From a virus (taxonomy: Duplodnaviria > Caudoviricetes): DNA of 51,502 bases. The DNA lies in the IMG/VR virus record IMGVR_UViG_3300046722_000334, positions 1-51,502 of that record. The stretch is one strand, 5' to 3'. The translations under genes and the position numbers were made by a program. Below are positions 26,255 through 34,987 of the stretch, piece by piece (positions within the stretch are counted from its first letter, which is position 1; every line of letters starts with the position of its first letter). A model generated the notes under the pieces. That model saw nothing but the letters and a program-made list of their open reading frames with translations, made no database searches and had not been told where the DNA came from.

Positions 26255-29029
26255 ATGCTGCGCTCTATTCGCTTGATCCTCGTCTGCGCGTTGGGGCTTT
26301 CCGCCCAGACCGCCCGCTATCCCAACGCCATCGCCACAAATACCGACCTCACCGACCTGGCCGACCGCGCGCAGACCACTTTGAACGGCTCGGCCATGAA
26401 CGCCTCGCAGACGTTCGCCACCGTGGTATCGAGTTCCAAGTTCACAACGAACATGATCATCACGATCGATAACGAACAGATGAAAATCTGCTCGATCTCG
26501 CCTGCGAATCAGTTGAATTTCGGCAACGCCTCTTGTCCCAACGTGGACGGCCGCGGCTGGGCGGGAACCACGGCCACCTCGCACCAGACGGCGGTGCTCG
26601 TCTCGGATTACTTCACGGCCTATCAGTTCAAAGCCCTGCGGGAAGAGATCAAAGCCATCGAGTCGACGCTGGGCACGAATCTTTCGAACGCCGGCGTCAG
26701 TTACTTCGCGGATGCCAAAAACATGGCGTTTACCCCGCTCACCCCGGGCGGCGCGCTGGCGAACGGCAACAATACCGTGACCCTTTCTCTAGTCCCCCCA
26801 GGAGTGAACGGTTCCGATGCCAACCACTGGCTGTGGGTCTCGGGCGGCACAGGCACGGCGGAACCGTGCAAGGTCAACGGCGGAACCGGCGTAGCCTCCC
26901 AAGTGAATGGGCAGATCATCCTGGCTTGCACCGGCTCACACACCAACGCCTGGACCGTCCAGAGCGCCACTGGAGGCATCCAGGAAGCCATGCAGGCGGC
27001 TTCGACCGCGGGCGGCGGCACGGCCCTAGCGCGCGTGGGCACGTATCCCCTTTACGCGGCGCCGCGCGTTCTATCGAATGTGACGCTGTGGCTCATGCCT
27101 GGCGCCACGATGCAGGTTGTCGCCAACCAGTGGCCCGCGACTCCCACTGCGCCTTGGACCGGCAGTTCGGGCGGCGCGAACACGCCAATCGGGCTCCTCA
27201 GCGGCTATCTGGCGGTGAACTGCACCATCCGCGGCGGCATCTTCGACGCCAACGGGGCGAATCAAGGGAACGCGACGTATGGGCAGGACATCGGATTGGA
27301 TGCTGCGACCAATTGTCTGGTGGAGGGAACCGAGGTCATCAATTCATATCACGATGGCGCCATGTTCGCCGCGCTGGATAGCGTTTCCCCGTTGGGCTCC
27401 GGGAACCGGTTTCTCAATGTGACGGGTCATGGCCCCTCGCGCACGGTCGGAAACTGCCCGGGCGGCGTCTTCTCGCAATCTCCCAATACCACAGTAGACA
27501 ATCCGGTCCTAGATGGCATGTGCGACGAGGGGATCGTCGCCAATGGACCGCAAGCTGTCGGTTTCTCGCTGCACGGCGGCAAAATTACCGGCAACGTCAA
27601 TGCCGTGGTGAACGGGGCCCACGCCGAGAATAGCTCGAACACCAGCTTCGAAGGCTTGCACTGCTACGGCAGGGTGGGGAATTGTGTCTTGTTCGCGCCG
27701 AGCGATTCGGGTGGCTCGAACATGCACACTTTGAGCGCCGTGGACATCAAGGCCTTCACCGATGGCACGTATTCACCCACCACGCTCGTAGGCATCACCG
27801 ACGATATGAACGGCCATATTGTCTCCGACTGGAGCGTGATCGGCGGCTCGATCGACCGCGGCTCCTCGCGCGGCGTTCTGGTCTATCCCAATGCTTCCGG
27901 CGGCGTCACCAACGGCCTGGTTAGCGGCGTAGTGATCCGCAATACTGCGTCCAACGGCCTCGAGATCCGGGCTCCCGCGACCAAAATCAACGTGGCCAAC
28001 AACACGGTTACGGGCAGCATTTCCGGCTCGGATATCCTGATGTGCGCCCCGGCGACCAACTGCCCGGGCTCCGTGGTTTCGTTCAACCACACCACCGATG
28101 CCTTCGATAACCTGCTGGTTACCGCACAGCAACCGCTCTTTCAAGCCACGCACGCCACCGCCCCGGCGTTCGCATGGGTCACGACGGCAGCGCCGGCCAA
28201 TCAGAAGAACTGGTATTTCGCCATCAATGGAGGCGATCCTACGCAACTCACGTTGCTCTCCGCCAACGATGCGGGCAGTTCCACGAGCCCGTTTCTGACG
28301 TTCAACCGCTCGGGAGCTTCCTACACAGCTTCCTCGATCAACGTCTTTACGCCGCTTTCCGTTTCCACCCTGGCAAATTCCGCCGATCAAGGCCTCTATA
28401 GCTTCGCGCCCAATGGGTCATTCATCAAGAAACTGCCTTCTGCGAGCGCGGGTCTCTATAATCCGCTCGTTCAAAATCTGGACCAGCTCGTTACGGATGC
28501 CGCCGGGTCCGGGGCGATCAACACCGGGGGATTCTGCTTCCCTTGCCCGTATTCCACGTCGTCATTCGGGGCACGCTGGGACAACGTAGCCAAGAGCCTG
28601 AATGTCTACGCGGTTACTCACACGTTCAATACGACCGCCAATTCCTCCGACGATAACCTGTCCGCGAAAGCCCCCAACGGCGCGTATATCCGGTTCTTGC
28701 CCCACACCGCGGGAGCCCTGCAAGCGCTTTCCTCTGCGGGAGTCGCAGGCGCCATCGATACCGGAGTGCTCAGCCTGAGCCCCTTCTCTACGACGGCGTT
28801 CACGCTAAACATGGACAATGTGACGAAGCGAATCAACGCCACGGGGCTGATGCGCATGACGCCCGTTTTATTTGGCGCCTTGCCCGCTTGCGCTGCGGGT
28901 TCCGAGGGCGCGTACGCCTCCGTCACGGATGCGAGCGCAGCCACTTGGGGAACTACCATCACCGGATCGAGCACCAACCATGTGCTCGTCTACTGCGATG
29001 GCACGAATTGGAGCGTGGCAGGGAAATGA
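26255..29029 (+). CDS. Tailspike-like protein with parallel beta-helix and signal peptide
   Basis: MLRSIRLILVCALGLSA|Q; GIQEAMQAASTAGGGT...SNVTLWLMPGAT...GGIFDANGANQ; C-terminal VYCDGTNWSV. Confidence 0.85.
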   Translation: MLRSIRLILVCALGLSAQTARYPNAIATNTDLTDLADRAQTTLNGSAMNASQTFATVVSSSKFTTNMIITIDNEQMKICSISPANQLNFGNASCPNVDGRGWAGTTATSHQTAVLVSDYFTAYQFKALREEIKAIESTLGTNLSNAGVSYFADAKNMAFTPLTPGGALANGNNTVTLSLVPPGVNGSDANHWLWVSGGTGTAEPCKVNGGTGVASQVNGQIILACTGSHTNAWTVQSATGGIQEAMQAASTAGGGTALARVGTYPLYAAPRVLSNVTLWLMPGATMQVVANQWPATPTAPWTGSSGGANTPIGLLSGYLAVNCTIRGGIFDANGANQGNATYGQDIGLDAATNCLVEGTEVINSYHDGAMFAALDSVSPLGSGNRFLNVTGHGPSRTVGNCPGGVFSQSPNTTVDNPVLDGMCDEGIVANGPQAVGFSLHGGKITGNVNAVVNGAHAENSSNTSFEGLHCYGRVGNCVLFAPSDSGGSNMHTLSAVDIKAFTDGTYSPTTLVGITDDMNGHIVSDWSVIGGSIDRGSSRGVLVYPNASGGVTNGLVSGVVIRNTASNGLEIRAPATKINVANNTVTGSISGSDILMCAPATNCPGSVVSFNHTTDAFDNLLVTAQQPLFQATHATAPAFAWVTTAAPANQKNWYFAINGGDPTQLTLLSANDAGSSTSPFLTFNRSGASYTASSINVFTPLSVSTLANSADQGLYSFAPNGSFIKKLPSASAGLYNPLVQNLDQLVTDAAGSGAINTGGFCFPCPYSTSSFGARWDNVAKSLNVYAVTHTFNTTANSSDDNLSAKAPNGAYIRFLPHTAGALQALSSAGVAGAIDTGVLSLSPFSTTAFTLNMDNVTKRINATGLMRMTPVLFGALPACAAGSEGAYASVTDASAATWGTTITGSSTNHVLVYCDGTNWSVAGK

Positions 29030-29724
29030 GTCTGGGCAATAGCGCACTCTGGGGCAACGTCCTCCCCGGCGGACCGCTCACCGACGTACAGGCGGGGAAC
29101 CTGGACTCGACGCAGGTTGTTGACGAGCTGCTCCCGGCACTCCATGCGGCCTCACGTGCCGATCTGACGTTCTGGGTCGAAGGGGATATCATCAACTGGA
29201 TGGACGAGTGCTTGAAGCGTCTCGCGCGTCTCGCGTGCGTGTTCGCGGGCCGGGAGCAATCGACACTCACCGTGCCAGGGCAAGCCAACTACACCCAGCC
29301 GCCCCAACATATCTCGACGTTGCACGTGAGCGTCGACGGATTTCCGTTACGACCCGCCAACACCCTGGAGATGGAAGCGCGGGACGATGGTTTCCGCACC
29401 ACGCCCTGCATTTCCCCGAATCCGCCTACCGACTGGTACGAAGACATGGTGGGCGTCGACGCGATCGCGTTTGCGCCTGTGCCGGCCGATGAGCTGCCCT
29501 TGGCGCGCATCTATGAGGGCTGGCCGCCTACGCTGGACGCCGGCGGGCAGCAGACCCTGGTAGCGGCGCCGGGCCCGCTGAAAGGGTATTTGACATTTGC
29601 AGTGCTCGGGGAAGCTTACGGGAAAGAGGGCATGGCCGAAGCGCCGGAGATCGCCGCTCATTGCAAGGGGCGAGCAGCCATGTACGAGGCGCTATTTACC
29701 CAGTATTACGGGGCTGGAACATAG
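29026..29724 (+). CDS. Head-tail adaptor, paralog 3
   Basis: FWVEGDIINWMDECLKRL, TVPGQANYT, FAPVP, AYGKEG. Confidence 0.75.
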   Translation: MSLGNSALWGNVLPGGPLTDVQAGNLDSTQVVDELLPALHAASRADLTFWVEGDIINWMDECLKRLARLACVFAGREQSTLTVPGQANYTQPPQHISTLHVSVDGFPLRPANTLEMEARDDGFRTTPCISPNPPTDWYEDMVGVDAIAFAPVPADELPLARIYEGWPPTLDAGGQQTLVAAPGPLKGYLTFAVLGEAYGKEGMAEAPEIAAHCKGRAAMYEALFTQYYGAGT

Positions 29725-31941
29725 ATGGCCTACACTCTCAAAGAACTCCAGATCGAACCAGGCGGGCTCAATTTAGTTGCGCCAGTAGACCAAGTGCCAG
29801 AGCTCGACAGCCTCCAGCTCGACGGCTTTTGGCCCGGCACTGCCGGCAAGCTGCAATCCGGCCCGGGGTTCGAACTCAAGAACGGCTCGCCCTTCCCGTT
29901 CGTGGCGCTCGATACCGTCTCCTATTCCGGCGCGGGGATCTTCTACGGCGGCGGCGGAGGCCTGGGGCGCGTCGGGGTAGCTCCCGGAGGTCATTGGTAC
30001 GTTGACAACGGCTACGACGGCTCGCCTCTCGGGATTCTCCCTTACAGAGAGTACCTCTGGGTGATCAATCCGGCCACCGGCAAGCAGCGCCGCATCGACC
30101 TGGGGTCCAGCGCAGCCTCCAACTGGACCGTAGAAACGCCCACGATTCCCGGGGGAGCGACGGCGGGCGGCGGATCCCTAGCCGATGGGGATTACGACTA
30201 CTATGTGACCTTCGAGGACGTGAACGGCTACGAGGGCAACCCCTCGCCGCCGGTTACCGTCACGGCGGCCTCCGGAGGCACAGCCACCAACACTATTACC
30301 AGGCCTAATGCTACAGAAACCGATTCGTTAGGAGCACAGGTAGTTACGGGCTGGAATCTGTATCGCCAATCGGTATCAAACGGCATGGTGGTGGCGTACC
30401 GGCTGAATCAGGCGGTGAAGGCGTACGCGTCGACTACCATCGATGACTTCGGGACGCCGGGCCTGCAGGACGACGCCTCGATCATTAAGTTCGACATCCC
30501 CATCGAATTCGACCACGATGCACCGCCCAAAGCCGCGGTGATGGCGAACCAGCTCTTTAACGGCCGTATCGCCGTGGCGAACTCGGCCGACTACCCAAAC
30601 CGCATCTGGTTCACTAACGCCTTGCAGCCCGGGTGGTTCCCTGGGGCGCCGAACGATGCGCTGGGGAATTGGGTGGACGTCGGCACGGATTCGGGCGATG
30701 CCGTCCTGGCTATGCTGGTGCGGCCGGGCATGATGGTGATTTACCGCCAGCGCTCGATCTGGGTGCAGCGGGGCGATTTCGACGATCCCAACGGACTGTT
30801 GCAGGTGATGGTTCCGGGCATGGGGATTGTGGGGCGGCGCGCGGCCGTCTCTTCCGCGGGAGGCGATTTCTTCTGTAACGGCGGCAACCTCTATCTGCTG
30901 GCCGATTGGCCCATCCCGGTTGCAGAGAACATCGAAAGCATCTTCCGCCAGTCCGTGAACTTGCGGCGCGCGGCCATGGACAGCGCCGGCCAGATGGACG
31001 AAGGCACGCGGACGAGCTGCGCGCTGGGCTTCGACGGGTCGCGGCTGTGGTTCTCGTATTCCACAAGCGCATCCACCGGCAACGAGCAGACCTTCGTCTA
31101 TCACATCTCGACCAAACGCTGGTTCCATCACCCTCTGGGCTACGGCGCATTCTCGATGGGCGGCAACATCGAAGTGGGCGATTTCCTGGGCGTTGACGCG
31201 GCGGGCAATGTGTTTGCGATCAATACCACGCAGCAGAGCCAATACATGACCTGGCAGGGGCGCTACGAGGACTGCGGCCACCCTGACCGGGAGAAGACCT
31301 TCGCGGACCTGGTGATCCCGAATCAGATCTCGGGTGGAGGGCTGACCGTCACGGCGAAGCTGAACAAGGGCGCGGAGAGCTGGGACGTGGACACTCTGGC
31401 GAATCCGACCCTCACGCGGCAGACCATTCCGCTGATCTATCCTTCAGGCCCCAACTCAGGCTTGCCCCTCAAGGCGCGTAACCTCTCGGTGTTCGTGGAA
31501 GGGCAAGGCGGACCGCTGATGTCTACCCTCGAGACGCCCTTCCTGCTGCACTACTACTTGGAAGCGCGCCGAGGCCGGACCTTCGATACCGGAAATATCA
31601 ACCATGGCACGGTCCAGCCCAAGAGTATCGATTGGTTCGAATTCGACATCGACACCACAGAGGGCGCCGTGGCTTTGACCATCTGGAGCGACATCCCCGG
31701 AGGATTGCTCACCATTCGCGGTGCGCCTATTCCGATTCCCCAGGTGGTCGGCCGCAACGTGGCGCGCATTGTGCTGCCCGACGATATCGACGGACGTTTG
31801 TTCCGGTATTTCTTGCAATCGGCCGGCGACTGGGACTTCGCGCTGTATGGCTACCGCGTGCGCGTGCTGCCGATCGGGGTATATGTGGATGGGACGATGG
31901 GCGAGTTCTGGGACATTCAACCGCTCAGCATCGGAGTCTAA
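29725..31941 (+). CDS. Tail nozzle/stabilization protein (P22 gp10/T7 gp12-like)
   Basis: GGLNL N-terminus, YYVTF..GYEGNPSP, NRIWFT, beta-propeller-like repeats. Confidence 0.8.
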   Translation: MAYTLKELQIEPGGLNLVAPVDQVPELDSLQLDGFWPGTAGKLQSGPGFELKNGSPFPFVALDTVSYSGAGIFYGGGGGLGRVGVAPGGHWYVDNGYDGSPLGILPYREYLWVINPATGKQRRIDLGSSAASNWTVETPTIPGGATAGGGSLADGDYDYYVTFEDVNGYEGNPSPPVTVTAASGGTATNTITRPNATETDSLGAQVVTGWNLYRQSVSNGMVVAYRLNQAVKAYASTTIDDFGTPGLQDDASIIKFDIPIEFDHDAPPKAAVMANQLFNGRIAVANSADYPNRIWFTNALQPGWFPGAPNDALGNWVDVGTDSGDAVLAMLVRPGMMVIYRQRSIWVQRGDFDDPNGLLQVMVPGMGIVGRRAAVSSAGGDFFCNGGNLYLLADWPIPVAENIESIFRQSVNLRRAAMDSAGQMDEGTRTSCALGFDGSRLWFSYSTSASTGNEQTFVYHISTKRWFHHPLGYGAFSMGGNIEVGDFLGVDAAGNVFAINTTQQSQYMTWQGRYEDCGHPDREKTFADLVIPNQISGGGLTVTAKLNKGAESWDVDTLANPTLTRQTIPLIYPSGPNSGLPLKARNLSVFVEGQGGPLMSTLETPFLLHYYLEARRGRTFDTGNINHGTVQPKSIDWFEFDIDTTEGAVALTIWSDIPGGLLTIRGAPIPIPQVVGRNVARIVLPDDIDGRLFRYFLQSAGDWDFALYGYRVRVLPIGVYVDGTMGEFWDIQPLSIGV

Positions 31942-32849
31942 TGCCAGTTCTCGTAACGTATCACGGAATGAATGCAAGAACGGCTTACGCCATATTGTTC
32001 GCCAAGTTCGCGCTGAGCGTACTTGCCCGTTGCGTACTTTTCACGAATTTCAGCGACTTGTTTCCACGAGAGAATAGCGCGGTTGCTGTTTTCTCCAGAA
32101 ACGTCCTGGGGGTTTCGTTCCCATCTCTGCCGCTGATTATCGAGGGCAGTTCCAAGGGAGAGATGAGCCGGATTGCAGCAACGCCTGTTGTCGCACGAAT
32201 GACAGACAAGCAAGCCGTGAGGATCAATTCCAGTGTGCAAGAAGAAAGCGATCCGGTGGGCCTGCCAGTTCTGATAGTTGACGCGAATTTTACCGTAGCC
32301 GCTGGGCTGCACATGGGCCTTCCACGGCCAGCACTCATCGGAACCGCGCCTTTCAATCTTGGCCAGGAACTTCTTTACCCCCCTCTCGTTCAAGACCGGA
32401 AGAGGCCGATAAGTAATGTGAGGCGTTCTGCTGGCTGGCGGTGCAGGCAGCGTGCCGTTGGCGTGACCGCGCGGCTCCGGCCGAAAGCGTTTAATCCAAC
32501 GCGCGCCGCCTCTATTGGTACGGCCCCGTTCCCGCTGCTGCTGTCCGTTATCGGCATAGGTTCCCAGCGACAGATGTGCAGGATTGCAACGTAGGGGATT
32601 GTCGCAGGAGTGGCAAACGATCCATTCTCCCGGATCGGTTCTGGTCGCAAGAAAAAAAGCTACTCGGCTGGCAACGAGTCTCGTTCGGCTGTTTAACCCG
32701 AAGCTGCCGTAATTGTTGGGTGGATCACTAAAAGTTCCGGCTGTCCACGGCCAGCATTCATCGGCTTCTCGCTGGTCCACCTTGGACCAGAAGCGGCCAA
32801 TTTGGGCTTCATTCAGTTCCGGTAACGGCTTGTGGGGTCGTTGCGCCAC
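31938..32849 (-). CDS. Double HNH homing endonuclease with C-terminal HTH
   Basis: Two units DECWPW...VCHSCDN..C.NPAHLSLGT..DN; GENSNRAILS...QRELGEQYGVS. Confidence 0.93.
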   Translation of the reverse strand: MAQRPHKPLPELNEAQIGRFWSKVDQREADECWPWTAGTFSDPPNNYGSFGLNSRTRLVASRVAFFLATRTDPGEWIVCHSCDNPLRCNPAHLSLGTYADNGQQQRERGRTNRGGARWIKRFRPEPRGHANGTLPAPPASRTPHITYRPLPVLNERGVKKFLAKIERRGSDECWPWKAHVQPSGYGKIRVNYQNWQAHRIAFFLHTGIDPHGLLVCHSCDNRRCCNPAHLSLGTALDNQRQRWERNPQDVSGENSNRAILSWKQVAEIREKYATGKYAQRELGEQYGVSRSCIHSVIRYENWH

Positions 32850-32939
32850 CAGAATAATAATGAAGCCAGCAGCCAGTGTTTACAAGGGCCAAACGTACTT
32901 TATGAGTACCGGCCCGATCTACGAAAGAAGGGTATCTAT

Positions 32940-33314
32940 ATCGCCTTCAGGAAAACTGCGCAGTTCAAGGAAGTTTCGCTCGAATACGTCTCTGCTTCCG
33001 GGGCGAGCACGTTTCGTTTTTTCACCGACATGCCCGGCGGCCACCTGGCGGACCGCACCGGGGTCGCCGGCAAACCGTTGCCGCAGACCAACCCCGACCG
33101 GACGCCGGCCACGGTGACGATTCCATTGATCGACGCCAACGGGGCTCCGCTCGAAGGCACGCTCTTCTATCCGCGGGTCGAGCCGTTTGCTACGTCTGCC
33201 TCGGGAGGGACGCAGTTACGTTCTGGGGTCGTGTGGCTGCGTACCATCGGAGTCTATTTGGATGGAGCGTTGAACGAGTTCTGGGAGACCTTACCTCAGA
33301 GTATTGGCGTGTAG
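32940..33314 (+). CDS. Tail protein paralogous to the nozzle C-terminal domain (start uncertain, possibly ATC)
   Basis: FTDMPGG...IGVYLDGALNEFWETLPQSIGV versus nozzle WSDIPGG...IGVYVDGTMGEFWDIQPLSIGV. Confidence 0.7.
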   Translation: MAFRKTAQFKEVSLEYVSASGASTFRFFTDMPGGHLADRTGVAGKPLPQTNPDRTPATVTIPLIDANGAPLEGTLFYPRVEPFATSASGGTQLRSGVVWLRTIGVYLDGALNEFWETLPQSIGV

Positions 33315-33439
33315 TTCAGTTTGTAGGTTTTGAGCTGGTACACTTTGCCGGGGTAGGGGTCGGGGTACATTGTCCATGAATCTGGATCGGTCAGATAATC
33401 CGGGATGCCTTCGTTTTCGTAAGCCCGCTGTTTTTCCGC

Positions 33440-33745
33440 CTACTTTTTCCGCTCCGCCTCTTGCACGTGCGCCACGGCGACCGGATCGGCGGGGGTCAAA
33501 GCCACGCGCGGGATGGCATAAGGGACATTGTGTCGAGAGCAGGCCGGATTCACGCAGATCATGTACAGATGCTCGGTCGAAAGATCAGACTTGTAATTCC
33601 AATCCGATTCCACGGCAAACACCCATCCACATTCGCACTCGGGGATGCGCATCCTCGCCGTCGCCTGAGCGGGAGCCGGCGCCAGCGCTGCGGCAGGCAA
33701 AGCGGCGGCAGGAAGCAGCGAACAGAAAAACGAGCGTCGGTCCAT
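33440..33745 (-). CDS. Tat-signal protein with Zn-finger-like motifs (antisense moron)
   Basis: MDRRSFF...APAQA; CECG, CVNPAC; TACAAT 6 nt before ATG. Confidence 0.75.
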   Translation of the reverse strand: MDRRSFFCSLLPAAALPAAALAPAPAQATARMRIPECECGWVFAVESDWNYKSDLSTEHLYMICVNPACSRHNVPYAIPRVALTPADPVAVAHVQEAERKK

Positions 33746-33756
33746 AGCCCAATTGT

Positions 33757-34269
33757 ATGCCCTTAGTCGCCCTGTTCGGCACCATCGAAATAGACATGGA
33801 GTCGAACGCCCAATCCACGCTCACGCTGTCTACCGACATGCCAGGAGCTCCGGGGGCAGGCCTCGCCGTGCGCGAGACCAAGTTGATTGCGCCCCAAGCG
33901 CGCGACTGGGCGCGGTTCCGCCTGAACGGTACCACCAAAGGCAAGCTGTACACCGTCAAGCTGGTTCCTGTGGCGCAAGCGCGCATTTACGGCGCGCGCA
34001 TCTGGGCGCGCGTGCTGGGCCCTGCCGCAGCGGCGTGGCAGTGGTATCCGGTGCAGATTATCGAGACGCCCAACGAGTGGACGCCGGTCAAGTTGGCGAT
34101 TCCACCGATGGGCGAGTGGGAGCCGCGCTCGTTACAGGTTCCCCCGATGGGCGAGTGGACGCCGCAGGCCTTAGGCGTGCCGATGGTGACGGACTGGATG
34201 CCCACCAAATTGCCGATCAGTCCCACGCCGATTACGCCCGAGTGGTATGCAGTCGAGGTGGATGAGTGA
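33757..34269 (+). CDS. Tail protein, third copy of the nozzle C-terminal domain plus PPMGEW repeats
   Basis: IEIDMES...LSTDMPG...GKLY...IYGARIWAR. Confidence 0.75.
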   Translation: MPLVALFGTIEIDMESNAQSTLTLSTDMPGAPGAGLAVRETKLIAPQARDWARFRLNGTTKGKLYTVKLVPVAQARIYGARIWARVLGPAAAAWQWYPVQIIETPNEWTPVKLAIPPMGEWEPRSLQVPPMGEWTPQALGVPMVTDWMPTKLPISPTPITPEWYAVEVDE

Positions 34270-34329
34270 GACGGGAGGGCGGAGTCGAACCGCCTAGCTC
34301 TGGAGCCACCGTTATCCCGCCACTCCCAT
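34267..34329 (-). ncRNA. tRNA-like mini-element/pseudo-tRNA
   Basis: 7-bp acceptor-like stem ATGGGAG/CTCCCGT; canonical T-arm GGCGG-TTCGACT-CCGCC; reduced D and anticodon arms. Confidence 0.5.
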
Positions 34330-34330
34330 T

Positions 34331-34987
34331 ATGACCATTGCCATCCTGCCCGCGATCGCCGGCGTTCCGGACGAGTTGATCCGCGCGCTTAACGACCGGT
34401 TCCGCCAGGCGATGCAAGATACGGCCACGTCGAAGCAGCCCACCCTGCTGGTAGGTACGAGCAACCAGCGCATGCAGAGCGATATGTTCAAGGCCGCGGA
34501 CCAGGCCGTGGGAACCCTGTTCACAGAAACGGATACCGGGCTGATCTGGCAGAACCAGGCGGGCATGGGCTGGGTGCAACTGGCGGTAGGTTCAGGCGCC
34601 GCCCAGTTGGCATACGCCAGCGCGGGTTTGACGCTTACCGGATCGTATCAGGCGATCACGGGCGCTACCTTGACGCTGGCGAAGGCGGGGACGTACCTGA
34701 TCACCGGGATTTTCGGCTTTACTATGAGCCTGGCGCTCGATGACAACTGGGTGATGCACGGGCGACTCGTAGCCGATGGCGTGGCGCAAACGCAGATCGC
34801 GCAATGCTCGGCACATCTGGGCGTCGGGTTTACGGTCGAACTCGCTGTAGTCGCGCAGCAGTGGATTTACCAGCCCACCGTCGCGGGTAAGGTAGTGAAG
34901 TTAGAAGCCGAGAAGTCGGGGGGCACCGGATCGAGCTTCACGCGCAACCCGGATACCTGTATTTCCGCGGTATGGATCGGGCCGTAA
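34331..34987 (+). CDS. Tail fibre/needle-like protein
   Basis: N-terminal helix, TLFTETDTG, C-terminal beta-sandwich. Confidence 0.75.
   Translation: MTIAILPAIAGVPDELIRALNDRFRQAMQDTATSKQPTLLVGTSNQRMQSDMFKAADQAVGTLFTETDTGLIWQNQAGMGWVQLAVGSGAAQLAYASAGLTLTGSYQAITGATLTLAKAGTYLITGIFGFTMSLALDDNWVMHGRLVADGVAQTQIAQCSAHLGVGFTVELAVVAQQWIYQPTVAGKVVKLEAEKSGGTGSSFTRNPDTCISAVWIGP

Noticed and set aside
31938-32849. Group I intron carrying the HNH
   Set aside because: The HNH is antisense and fills the gap, the upstream gene ends with its own stop, and there is no room for a ribozyme core
33440-33442. Genome-wide amber recoding
   Set aside because: Many genes end in TAG with tight coupling to the next start, and core genes have no internal TAG
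17067-34987. Diversity-generating retroelement or invertible tail-fibre shufflon
   Set aside because: No reverse transcriptase, no adenine-specific TR/VR pair, and no inverted recombination sites spotted by eye
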